Below the pieces are notes generated by a model that had not been told where the DNA came from, ran no database searches, and saw only the letters and a list, made by a program, of their open reading frames with translations. A DNA stretch of 64,000 bases, from positions 1-64,000 of the IMG/VR virus record IMGVR_UViG_3300046167_000733, one strand, 5' to 3'. Both the position numbers and the translations under genes were made by a program. The stretch's first letter is position 1. Each line of letters opens with the position of its first letter. Origin of the DNA: a virus. Of the stretch, positions 15,973-26,891 are shown piece after piece.

Positions 15973-17442
15973 ATGATTAAGAATTTTAAAGACTATTTGA
16001 TTGAAGAGACCCGTGAGGTCTACTTCACGTTTGGAAGAATGAATCCACCCTACAATAGGTCACGGAAAAGTATTAGACACGATTGCAACTAAAGCATCTG
16101 GTGCAGACTGGAAAGTCTATGTATCTCATAGTACTGGACCCAAAGACCCATTAACATATTCAGATAAGATTAAACACCTACGCAAGATGTTCCCAAAGCA
16201 TGGTCGTAACATCATAGTCGATAAGAGTGTCAAGAATGTATTCGATATTGCGAGAGTATTATACGACGCAGGATACAAACGCATCAACATGGTAGTTGGA
16301 GAAGACCGACTACGAGAGTTCGATGTACTACTCAATAAATATAACGGCAAGAAAGCACGCCACGGATTCTATAACTTTGAGTCAATCAAGAGTAGTATCT
16401 GCAGGGTCGTAGAGACCCTGATGCCGAAGGTGTAGAAGGAATGTCTGCATCTAAACAACGTGCCAACGCAACAGATAATAACTATCAAGCATTCACTTTG
16501 GGTGTTCCAAAGAATATGAATGATAAAGATACACGCAAACTCTTTAATGACGTAAGGAAAGGTTTAGGTCTTAAAGAACAAACAACATTTAAAAATCACA
16601 TCGACCTTGGTAAGAAAGATGATACTCGTGAGGCATATGTCAACGGGACTCTATTTGAACTGGGCGATACAGTAGCAATAAAAGAGAGCGATGAGATAGG
16701 AACCGTAACCGTATTAGGTGCGAACTATGTTATCGTTGAATGTGGCGAAAGGAAGTTACGAAAATGGTTAGACGCAGTTCAGTTAGTTGAACGACAAGAC
16801 CCTGATGTAAAGGATAAGAAGGGAACACAACCTGCCAAGTATTACGCAAAGGATGCTAAAGGTAAGGAGATGTCTAAGTCTACCAAATCGAAACGCGACG
16901 CCCACTTTAAGAAAGGTACGGCAATGGATGACGATAATCCAAATGCCTACAAACCTGCTCCGGGTGACAAATCAGCGAAGACGAAACCAAGTAAGTATAC
17001 CAAAGACTATGAAAAGATGTTCGGAGAGAACGCAGGGGAAATAGGCACAGACAAACTAAAAAAGAAATACACAGACGATACACCACTAGAAGAAATCTTT
17101 GGAAAGCATATTGACCTATCGGGTCGTCCTTTCCTATCAAACTTTGATGGTGTTGTCAACGGGGATATTCACAGAAAGATTATTCGTAGATGGATAAAGG
17201 ATGTTGCGAGAAAGAAGTTTGATGCAACTCAAGCACAAAAACATTTAGGAGACCTCGTTAGACTCATAGGTGGTAATATTAATAATGTCCAAAAAACACT
17301 ATTTAAAATCTTTGATAGGAAGGCATTGCCCGCGCGTCTTGACTATCGTAAAACAAGAACATTTATGAAGTCAGATGTAACAGTCAATAAAAAAGACCTC
17401 GCAAAGAGAATAACAGAAACACGAAGAAGGTTAAAGAAATGA
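15973..17442 (+). CDS. HIGH-superfamily (cytidylyltransferase-like) nucleotidyltransferase with C-terminal extension (indels near 16048 and 16390)
   Basis: MIKNFKDYLIEE start; FTFGRMNPPTIGH after removing one C; MVVGEDR; MSASK.R (KMSKS-like). Confidence 0.8.
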
Positions 17443-17675
17443 CATCTAGTTTCAAAGAATTTATTACCGAAGCAGACGAAGCACTCAAGAAGAAGAGTGA
17501 AAAGTCTGGAGTATCTTATGGCGTTTTGAAGAAGGTTTATGATAGAGGAGTTGCCGCGTGGAGGACAGGACATCGTCCAGGAACCACTCCTCAACAATGG
17601 GGATATGCACGAGTAAATGCATTCATAGTCAAAAAGAAAAAAGGTGGTCTGAACCACGATAAGGATTTAGCGTAA
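17439..17675 (+). CDS. DUF5824-like small protein with a capsid-targeting-like N-terminus
   Basis: MTSSFKEFITE; LKKVYDRGVAAWRTGHRPG.TPQQWGYARVNAF. Confidence 0.75.
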   Translation: MTSSFKEFITEADEALKKKSEKSGVSYGVLKKVYDRGVAAWRTGHRPGTTPQQWGYARVNAFIVKKKKGGLNHDKDLA

Positions 17676-19983
17676 TGAAAAACATAAACGAAAATGTAAT
17701 CAACAAGATGAAAAAGATTGTCAAGGACAAACAAGCAATGAAGATTGATGGTGTTATGGTTGACCTCTATACTGCCTCTGCGGTTACTAAAATATATGAC
17801 ATTGTAAATCCTGCCAATAAAAAGAAGATGGAAAAGATGTCTCCACAAGGTCTTGCGACTGCCGCGTTCAAGATACTGGGTAAGAAAGAAAGTGTTTCTG
17901 AAGAGAAGGCAACCCCTGAAGAGAAAGCAGAACTTGCATTGAAACATGCTAAAGAAACTGAATCACTCAAAGATAAGCAAGGAAGAGAAAAAGAAACTCT
18001 AATGCAACAGAGAAGATGCCAGTGGTATGAACCCTAAACAGAAAATGAAGTTCGACCAACTTATGAAAAAGTTAAAAGGTGGTAAGGAACATATGAAGTT
18101 CAAACGCATGGCAGATAACCCTGTTGAGGGTGACGACATGTTCCACGGATATGTCAAAGACCTTGCAATGAAAGAAGCAGTAGATTTCTCAGATGCACAA
18201 TTATCAAAAATGAAGAAGGCATACTCAACTCTCAAACACATTGACCCGTCCTCTCAAAACTATAAGAAGTTGAAGACATCGATTCGCAAGTTAGATGTTA
18301 ATAGACTAGAACAACTTGCACGAGCAAAAATTAAGTTTGTGTCTACGATTGCGGCGGGTGAGTACGCAATAAAAAGTGGTAAACGATTACACGCAAGAGA
18401 CTATCTGGAGTCAACTGAACTTGAAGAAAGTGTCAAGATATCTTTCCATAGTAAGGGTGCGAAAACTAAGTGGATGAAGAAACAAGGAGTTGCTTCAAAG
18501 GAAATCATAAACCAAACGCCTACAAGTGTTGAGTTACCTTCTAGATGGAAAGACCTTTCAAAGAAAAAAGACCACGACGAAATCTTCTCAGTTATAACTG
18601 AATATACAACTGTGTCTCCTAAGATGGCAAAAGTATTTGATAGTCTAAAAGTAGGTGATAAAATCGCATACAAAACTAAAAGATATTCCAGTGATGGTCA
18701 TAAAGTCACAAAAAAGGAAATGCTTCGACACAACCAAGCAGGTATAGAACGAATTACTCTTGGAAAAGGTGTATATCTTTTAAAGAATGAAAAGACAAAA
18801 GAAGTGATGATGAAATCAGGTAATATGCCAGTTACAATTATTGATTTGGTAAAAGAATCATTAAACGAAGCACCGAAACCTTTCGGGCGGGTTGGACCAC
18901 CCATACCGAAACCATCACAAGTTCGTTCTGCAATATCAAGAGTTAAAAAACAACTGATGAAAAAGTATAAACAAAAAGGTGGATACGAAAACTTCGGTCA
19001 AAAAGAATTAGAAAAAATGAAAACTCAGTTCAATTACAATCCTTCTGGTGAACCAGATGAAAGAGAAATTGCAAAAATGTTACGTGCATTCGATGATTGG
19101 GCAATGGACTATGATGGTGACATGAGAGAAGGTATAATAGAAAAGGCAATGACTCTTGGTGGTACTAACGCACCTTCTGGGAGAGACATACATGGGTGAT
19201 AAAGGTATCCAAAAAATGGTTGCACTATCTAAAAAGAATCCTAATATCGAATACACTGTTAAGTCAGACAACTTTGGTGATTTCAAAGCACATTGGTTGA
19301 AGAATGGTAAGTTCGCAAAACGAACTGTTGCAAACATCAACTTTGACATGGATAAAAATGCTGTTCGTGGTGTACCAAAGGGCAAAACTGTTAAGAGTAC
19401 TATCTTTGTATTACGATATAGTGTCAATGAAGGTGTCCAGATGGAAAATGATGAGTATGATAACGAAGGTGGAATGGCACTGAGTCAACTCAGAACTGCG
19501 AAGTCTGCGGTAGAAGATTTAATGTCATCTATAAAAGAGATGGACAATCTACCTGAGTGGGTTCAATCTAAGTTAACAAAAGCAGTTGACTATATGGATA
19601 GTGTCCGTGACTATATGGCAAGTGAAGAAGGTGAAGAACCTGTCGAAGAGTCAATGGCGCGTGCTCGTGCAGATGCGAGACGAGATATGGGTGGTAGAGG
19701 TGCGCAAAAAGGTATGGCGCCCCTGAAGAAAGATGTTGACAATGATGCAACAGACGGAGACCGCAAAGCGGCATCCAAACATATCATACAACAACTCAGA
19801 AAAGCGGCAGACCTACCAAATGGTGCAGAAGTTGAGTTCAAGAATGGTAAAGGTAAAGTAGACCGAAATAGTGCTCAGATGGTTCTCAAGAAATATCTTG
19901 CGATAAAGAAACCTATGGACAAAGAAAAGTTCCAAGCAAACATCAAGTCTCTTTCTGATGTAAAGAAAATATTAGGTAGATAG
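17675..19983 (+). CDS. modular Lys-rich polyprotein, probable internal head protein (three ORF-track fragments joined by indels near 18008 and 19180)
   Basis: Upstream frames run open across both junctions; short basic modules are separated by hydrophobic-x-E sites. Confidence 0.55.
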
Positions 19984-20511
19984 TTGTTGAAGTTTACGGA
20001 ACATACGAACTGTGGTACATCTGATTGTTGTAATCAATGTTCATCTTTGATTGAAGACAATTGGTATCGTGTAGGTTCCGAGAAGTACTATGAGTATTTC
20101 CGTGAGGCACGAGACAAGTATTATGAAGGCAACCTAGAAGTAACAGGTAATGACCTTGAGATAATAGAGAGTAACCTTGGTGAGTTTGCTACATTCAACG
20201 GAGATAATGTTGCGTTAGATTGTATCTTCGAGGAGGAAGAACCTGAACTGAACAAACCGAAACGCGGTGGACCAAAGAAGTATTACGTACATGTCAAAGA
20301 CCCCACGACAGGTAATATTAAAAAGATTTCGTGGGGAGACACTACAGGATTAAAGGTGAAACTGAATGACCCTGCCGCACGTAAGTCTTTTGTTGCACGA
20401 CATAAGTGTGATACAAAGAACGATAAGATGACCGCAGGGTATTGGGCATGTAGACTACCTCGTTATGCGAAACAACTAGGATTGAGTGGAGGAGGAAACT
20501 TCTTTTGGTAA
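19984..20511 (+). CDS. DUF6321-like protein with N-terminal Cys cluster
   Basis: ELNKPKRGGPKKYYVHVKDP..RKSFVARHKC..AGYWAC; TTG start. Confidence 0.7.
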   Translation: MLKFTEHTNCGTSDCCNQCSSLIEDNWYRVGSEKYYEYFREARDKYYEGNLEVTGNDLEIIESNLGEFATFNGDNVALDCIFEEEEPELNKPKRGGPKKYYVHVKDPTTGNIKKISWGDTTGLKVKLNDPAARKSFVARHKCDTKNDKMTAGYWACRLPRYAKQLGLSGGGNFFW

Positions 20512-20759
20512 ATCCTTATTGTGATAATAACAATGTAAGAACTTTCTCTGAGGAAGTTGACGAACTTGATTTGATATGGCATCGTGATAGAGAGGACAGA
20601 AGGATTGTAGTTGAGTCTGGTAACGGATGGAAACTTCAAAAGGACAATCAACTTCCTATCGTGATGGAACAGAATAAAGAATACAATATAAAGGCGATGG
20701 AGTATCATCGTATAATAAAAGGGTGCGATGATTTAGTTATTCGCATTTTTGAAGAGTAA
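20505..20759 (+). CDS. small cupin-like protein
   Basis: WHRD.EDR...W.LQ.DN.LP...YHRIIKG. Confidence 0.65.
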   Translation: MVNPYCDNNNVRTFSEEVDELDLIWHRDREDRRIVVESGNGWKLQKDNQLPIVMEQNKEYNIKAMEYHRIIKGCDDLVIRIFEE

Positions 20760-20765
20760 AATAAG

Positions 20766-20773
20766 TATAAATA
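20766..20773 (+). promoter_or_regulatory. T4-type late promoter
   Basis: Intergenic TATAAATA. Confidence 0.75.
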
Positions 20774-20811
20774 GAAGTAGAATATTTCTACATCAAATGG
20801 GAAACTGATAA

Positions 20812-21090
20812 ATGGCAGACACACAAAAAGAAAGATTAGACCGTATAGAGTTTAAACTTGACCAGATGGCAGAAGTCATGGTCAGTCTCGCACGAGTTGA
20901 AGAGAAGTTGCAGGCAAGCGAGGAAGTTCGCACGAATGCAGTAGAGAGAATGAATAGGTTCTCTGTGAAACTTGACGAAATAGAGAAGGTCTGTGATAGT
21001 AATCACGGAACAATAAAGGTTATAAATAAAATAGTATGGTTGATAAGTGCCGCAATAATTGCGGGAACTATCAACGTAATCTGGATGTAA
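20812..21090 (+). CDS. coiled-coil protein with C-terminal TM
   Basis: Heptad pattern, then hydrophobic IVWLISAAIIAGTINVIW. Confidence 0.7.
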   Translation: MADTQKERLDRIEFKLDQMAEVMVSLARVEEKLQASEEVRTNAVERMNRFSVKLDEIEKVCDSNHGTIKVINKIVWLISAAIIAGTINVIWM

Positions 21091-21104
21091 ATAGGGAGAT
21101 ACTA

Positions 21105-22507
21105 ATGAAAACATCTGATATAAACAATCTTGGTAATGCGTATCGTTCTATATACGAAGCAAAGACCAAAGAAGAAGAAGTTTCTGATAACAAAGACTTC
21201 AAACCTCATATGATGTATGACCCTGAGACAGGAAAAGGTTACAAGGCAGAGAAACCTGAAGACCACGAACGTATGTCAAAGATGGGTTATACTCACGAAG
21301 AACCTGATATGGTAAAAGAGAAAAAGTTACCGCGTCAAATGCTTGACCCAAAGAAAGATGTTATGGTCGTCAAGAATAATAAAGTACTTGTGGTTGACAA
21401 GTCCAAAGAAAAAGAGTATCTCAAAAAAGGTTGGGGTCTTGCAGAACAGAAGAAGCAGTATCCCCTGAACAACAAGCGGCAATCGCCATAAACAAAAAAG
21501 AGAAAGAAGAAATGAAAAACGAAGGTAGCGTAAAAGACCTCGCAATGAAAATAGATAAAGTTGTTGCGAAGATGAACAAGGACAGTAAACTCAAATCATT
21601 TGCAAAGAAGTTTGCTTCAATGGCAATGGATACAATGGACATAGAAAAGTCTCTAGAGAAAGTACTACCAAGTTCTGTATCTGGTGCAGTGATGATTGGA
21701 TTACTAGAAGGTAAGACAAAGAGTGAAGATGCATCACAGTTCGTTGCCGCCGCTAGACAAGCAAAGAAAGATGGTAAAGATACTTTTATATTTGCGGATA
21801 AAGAGTATCCTGTTACTTGTAAAGAAGTAGAAGAAGCAGAAAAGAAACTTGACCCTGTTGACGATGCCGCGAACGATAAGAAGTTCAAAGACCGTAAGGA
21901 CAAAGACATTGACAACGATGGTGATGTAGATGATAGTGACGAGTACTTACACAATCGTCGTGCTAAAGTTGATGACGAAATCGATGGTGGTAAGAAACCT
22001 GCTAAGAAAGAAGAAGAAGAAAAAGACCCTAAAAAGAAAGTTGTTGCTAAGTCTCCTAAGACTGCAGAGATTTCTAAGATAGGTGAAGACTTTGTTGCAA
22101 TGTTAGAAGCATCACTTCTTGAGAAAGCAGAACCCGAAGCAATGGATGATAAAGAATCACCAAAAGGTAAAGAGTTCATTGCGAAACACAAGAAGTCTGA
22201 GAAAGACCTTGAGGATAAAGAAGAAGAAGCAGAAGAGGAAACTCCGAAAGCAGGAAAAGTTACCAAAGAGAAATCTGGTAAACGCACTTCAGATAGTACT
22301 GTAGGTGATAAAGAGGTTGTTAAATCAACTGAAGCACCTATAAAAGAAATGACCCTTGTAGATATGGCACGCGCCCATCTTGCAGGAGAAAAGGTTGACT
22401 TCTCAACAGGTAAAGTAGTTAAAGAGAAAAATCCTTATGATGGTCGTATGAAACTTGCAAAGGAATTCATGCAACGTATGGATAAGAGAAAGGGTGTAAA
22501 AAAATGA
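21105..22507 (+). CDS. highly charged virion/prohead-core-like protein (indel near 21445)
   Basis: FKPHMMYDP and DKDIDNDGDVDDSDEYLHNRR motifs, many xxE sites. Confidence 0.6.
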
Positions 22508-22764
22508 TTAGACTTTTAGGAACACAAGCGGCATGTGGCACTACATCTGGTGCGGCATCTACATTTGGTGACTCAAATGTAGTACGTTTGTTTAATGGAG
22601 GAACCGCAGTTCACTTGGTAACTCTTGAAAAGGCAGACGGAACCGATATCGGTACTATCTCAATCAACGCAAAAGCAGATGTATTATTGCGTAAATCCCC
22701 TACTGACAAAATCTTTGCCGCGAATGCCGCAGTATTAGGTGTAGCAGTAGGATTCAGTTATTAA
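22504..22764 (+). CDS. small beta-rich hypothetical (virion) protein
   Basis: ATGA-coupled ORF in a late cluster. Confidence 0.65.
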   Translation: MIRLLGTQAACGTTSGAASTFGDSNVVRLFNGGTAVHLVTLEKADGTDIGTISINAKADVLLRKSPTDKIFAANAAVLGVAVGFSY

Positions 22765-22780
22765 TTAAAGAGAGAAAATT

Positions 22781-23122
22781 ATGAGCAAGATACAAGCACC
22801 CGCATGGTGTGAACACGCAGTACCAACAGCAAATGGTTGGGAAGACCCAACTAGTGGAGAACTATTCAAGTCAGGTGGTTTTACACCAGAACAAATAGCA
22901 GAATGGCATGGTGACCTACCTGAACCTGCTTCACCCCCACCTTCATTAGAAGAAAGACGTGCCGCATCAATGTTGACAGAAGCACCTGTAGGTAACAGGT
23001 CTCTGGATGAGATGACCAAGGTAGAGTTAGAAGCACTAGGTCGTCAACACGGTATTGAACTTGATAGAAGAAAAAATAAAAAGGTTCTAGTAGAAACTAT
23101 GAAGGACTTACTAGAAGACTAA
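22781..23122 (+). CDS. hypothetical protein with C-terminal HeH/Rho-N-like motif
   Basis: LDEMTKVELEALGRQHGIELDRRKNK. Confidence 0.65.
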   Translation: MSKIQAPAWCEHAVPTANGWEDPTSGELFKSGGFTPEQIAEWHGDLPEPASPPPSLEERRAASMLTEAPVGNRSLDEMTKVELEALGRQHGIELDRRKNKKVLVETMKDLLED

Positions 23123-23153
23123 GTAGAAGTATAAACTTTTACTTGGATACATA

Positions 23154-23510
23154 ATGCAACTGACTAAAGACAATATTGTACTCTATGCCGCTAAGAACTA
23201 CCATACTCCTAAAAGCATAGACAGTGAAGAATTCTTTGCAGACTTAAAAAGATTTAAGTACATAAAAAGACTTCTCATTAGATATAGCAACACAGGTGAG
23301 ATATCTGAAAGATTGATATTGAATCACCTTATTGTTATATTCAATGTCTTTGGTTATGAAGCAGGTTTGAATATGTTAGAACTAAGAATAGAGAAGGAAC
23401 ACTGGGTAGCACTAAAACCATTTCTAATCTTTCTTAAAGCAATAAGAAACGATATGTATACCAACATTCATATGGATAAGAGTGTTGTTATGAAACTAAG
23501 AGAGATATAA
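23154..23510 (+). CDS. conserved T4-like phage hypothetical protein
   Basis: YAAKNY..EEF..DLKRFKYIKRLL..ERLILNHLIVIFNVFG. Confidence 0.75.
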   Translation: MQLTKDNIVLYAAKNYHTPKSIDSEEFFADLKRFKYIKRLLIRYSNTGEISERLILNHLIVIFNVFGYEAGLNMLELRIEKEHWVALKPFLIFLKAIRNDMYTNIHMDKSVVMKLREI

Positions 23511-24128
23511 ATGGGAATATTAAAGAGTGCGGCAGACCTAGTCTACACAATCCGCTTCCTAAAAATGCTCGTTACTCCTTTCGAAAAGATGGGTGCATTC
23601 AAAGCAGGTATCATAGACAAAGACGGTAATAAACTTATAAAAAGTGGTGACCCATTTTTTAATAAAATTGCAAATCGTGAAGCATATTCAGCACACTACA
23701 CTTCATTCATTAGATTAGTAATCAATCTCAAAAAACTCATGGCAAAAGTTCCGGGTGGTAAATCTGTTATCGCAAGGTATGGTGCGGCACTACTTCTCAT
23801 CAAAGAAGATGGTGACCTCTCTGACAAACAAATCAATATGATACATGAAGAGACAGGTATCGACATTCTAGATTGTCTTGTAGAACAAACTCAGTGGTAT
23901 ATGCTAGAGGGTAAAGAACTTTCACAAGGTGTATATCGTTCTAAGTTTGATACTGTAATCACATCGGGTGAAGAGATTGTAACTAGAGGTGATAAGGTTC
24001 GTGTGGTCGAAGGACATGCATTACCTATTGATAGTGTATTGGGTATAGACATATATGAAGGTATTCATCTGAACTCTGGACAGAAGATGTACTTCTCAAC
24101 AGGAGAGATAGAAAATGAAAAACTTTAA
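23511..24128 (+). CDS. conserved T4-like phage hypothetical protein
   Basis: ADLVYTIRFLKMLVTPF..AFKAGIIDKDG..YT.F.RLV.NLKKL. Confidence 0.75.
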   Translation: MGILKSAADLVYTIRFLKMLVTPFEKMGAFKAGIIDKDGNKLIKSGDPFFNKIANREAYSAHYTSFIRLVINLKKLMAKVPGGKSVIARYGAALLLIKEDGDLSDKQINMIHEETGIDILDCLVEQTQWYMLEGKELSQGVYRSKFDTVITSGEEIVTRGDKVRVVEGHALPIDSVLGIDIYEGIHLNSGQKMYFSTGEIENEKL

Positions 24129-24300
24129 ACAATTTTTAGAACAAACAAATGAGATGACAGGGACAGGTGCGGTAGCAGGGGCAGGAGATGACTCTGAGAC
24201 AGTTCCAGTATATATAGATAAAGAGAAGAAGAAAAGACACAAAGTCTTGAAGAAGTTTATTCAAGCACAAGAAGATAGTAAACAAAAATGGAGTAGATAA
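24115..24300 (+). CDS. small protein with a capsid-targeting-like N-terminus
   Basis: MKNFKQFLEQTNE. Confidence 0.6.
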   Translation: MKNFKQFLEQTNEMTGTGAVAGAGDDSETVPVYIDKEKKKRHKVLKKFIQAQEDSKQKWSR

Positions 24301-24761
24301 TGCTAAGTGGTATTTTAGGAACTGCTTTAGGTTTTGGAGGTTCTATTGTTCCCGCAATAACAGACCACCTAAAGACTAAGGCAAACAATAAGTTTGAACT
24401 AAAGAAAATGGAAAAGATGGCAGAACTGCGTGCCGCAGGGTTTGACCATGAAATGAAAATGTTCGAGACGCAAGCGGCAGACAACGAACATAAGAGATTG
24501 ATAGAACATGACATATCAATCAATCAGGGTGTAGGGATTATTGCAGGATTGCAAAAGTCTGTACGACCTATCATAACGTATGCATTCTTTGGGTTGTTTT
24601 GTGCAATCGAAGTTACGTTATTGTTAGAGGCAGTCAATCAAGGTTCCTCTATCCAAGACTCACTCGGTATCCTATGGGATGATGATACAAAGGCAATCTT
24701 TGCCGCTATCATATCATTCTGGTTTGGTTCTCGTGCAATAGATAAAAGTCGCGGTAAATAA
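24300..24761 (+). CDS. 3TM holin-like membrane protein
   Basis: SVRPIITY and IISFWFGSR motifs of the GTA-type 3TM holin family. Confidence 0.65.
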   Translation: MLSGILGTALGFGGSIVPAITDHLKTKANNKFELKKMEKMAELRAAGFDHEMKMFETQAADNEHKRLIEHDISINQGVGIIAGLQKSVRPIITYAFFGLFCAIEVTLLLEAVNQGSSIQDSLGILWDDDTKAIFAAIISFWFGSRAIDKSRGK

Positions 24762-24779
24762 AATAAATTAAAAAAAAGT

Positions 24780-24808
24780 TTGACTTTGTTCCATTATTAT
24801 GGTATAAT
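24780..24808 (+). promoter_or_regulatory. sigma70-type promoter for nrdAB
   Basis: TTGACT-17-TATAAT with TGn. Confidence 0.8.
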
Positions 24809-24882
24809 GGTGGTTCTGAAGATGTGGAAAAGTATAAGTAGTACTACCCCCAAAAAATAAATATGTGTCCTATGGAGATGAA

Positions 24883-26866
24883 ATGACAGTGAAGATTGAC
24901 CGCAAGAAAGATAAACTATTAGCGGATTATGCGGTAGGGATGTTGAAAGATTTCTACCTTAGAGGTAATGAGAAAAGTCCCCAAGACGGATTCAAAAGGG
25001 CATCAGAGGCATGGAGTAAATACCGAGACGAGATAGACGACGAACTCGCACAACGTCTTTATAATTATGTGTCACAGAAGTGGTTCATGTTTGCGTCTCC
25101 AGTATTGTCCAATGCACCTAACGGAACTGGTAAGAGTAAGGGGATGCCTATCTCTTGTTTCCTTACCTATGTTCCTGATACACTTAGAAGGACTTATTGG
25201 TCACACTTCAGAACTTAGATGGTTATCCGTTTATGGTGGAGGTGTCGGTGGTCATTGGTCTGATGTAAGAACAGTATCTGACATTGCTCCTGGACCCATG
25301 CCATTTCTTCATACCGTAGACGCAGATATGATTGCATACCGACAAGGTAAAACTCGTAAGGGTTCCTATGCGGCATATATGGATATCTCTCATCCCGACA
25401 TACTTGAGTTTTTGAATATGCGTATTCCTACTGGAGACGTACAACGTAAGGCATTGAACCTACATAACGCAATTAATATCTCTGATGAGTTTATGACTGC
25501 GGTAGTAGAAGGTACAGACTTTGACCTACGAGACCCCAAAGACAACTCAGTAAAAGAAACTATTGATGCTCGTAAACTCTGGGAAAGAATACTGGAGACA
25601 AGATTTAGAACAGGGGAACCTTATCTAAACTTTATTGATACTGCCAACGCAACTCTACCACAACCCCTCAAGGATTTAGGTCTCAAGATAAATGGTTCGA
25701 ACCTTTGTAATGAGATACATCTACCTACGAGTGCCGATAGAACTGCGGTGTGTTGTTTGAGTTCTCTCAATCTAGAGTATTATGATGAGTGGAAAGATAC
25801 ACCTATCATTCGTGACCTCGTAAGAATGCTTGATAATGTATTGGAATACTTTATAGAGAAAGCACCCGATACTATTACTCGTGCGAAGTATAGTGCTCAA
25901 CGCGAAAGGTCTATTGGTCTTGGTGCGATGGGTTTCCATAGTCTCTTACAGAAACACGGAGTTGCGTGGGAGAGTGAAGCGGCAAGAGATATCAATACGA
26001 CTGTGTTTGAACATATCAATAGAGAAGCACACGCAGAAACAGAGTTACTCGCAGAAGAACGCGGTGAGTATCCTGATGGTATCGGTAGTGGTAAGAGAAA
26101 CTCTCACTTACTTGCGATTGCTCCTAATGCGTCCTCTGGTATTATTCTCAGTACAAGTCCTTCTATAGAACCTCTAAAGGCAAACGCATATACGCATCGT
26201 ACACGGGCAGGTTCCTTTCTCGTAAAGAATAAGTATCTTACACAACTCCTTGATGAGAAGGGTGAGAATAACGATTCAAACTGGACTTCTATTATTACAA
26301 ACAAAGGTTCAGTACAACATCTACCTTTCTTTACGGAAGGAGAGAAGTCAGTATTCAAGACCGCACAAGAGTTAGACCAAATGTGGGTAGTAAAACATGC
26401 CGCAGAAAGACAAGAGTTTATATGTCAAGGTCAATCGGTCAATCTATTTTTCCCATCAGGGGCAGACAAGTCTTATGTAAATAAGGTTCATCTATCCGCG
26501 TGGAAGAAAGGTCTGAAAGGATTATACTATCTACGAACAGAAGCAAAACAACGTGCTGAGAATGTATCGGAGAAAGTAGAAAGAGTTGCCCTTGAGGGTG
26601 ATAAAAGAAATGTAGTCTATGGTAAGAGAAACTGCCCATATTGTCAACTCGCAAAAGAGGAGATGAAGTTGCGCGGTATACCTTATGACTATGTTGATTT
26701 ACAAGAGGTAGGTAAGACTGCCAGAGAAGTAACAGGTCGTGATGTCAAAACTGTACCACAGATATATATCCAAGGAGACTATATCGGTGGGTATGATGAC
26801 TTTATGATTTGGTTAGAGAAACCCTTTGAGAGTGACGACGGAGAATGTCGTGCTTGTGAAGGTTAG
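24883..26866 (+). CDS. nrdA: class Ia ribonucleotide reductase alpha subunit with fused glutaredoxin domain (indel near 25188)
   Basis: PISCFL, SNLCNEI, VCCLSSLNL, APNASS, KGLYYLR; Grx CPYC/TVPQI/IGG; terminal ECRACEG. Confidence 0.93.
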
Positions 26867-26891
26867 ATAAACAAACAAAGAAAGGTGACAC

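Noticed and set aside
21421-22287. Long antisense ORF (288 aa) and the other antisense ORFs in the track
   Set aside because: These are Ser/Phe/Leu-rich mirrors of Lys/Glu-rich sense genes, with no RBS or promoter.
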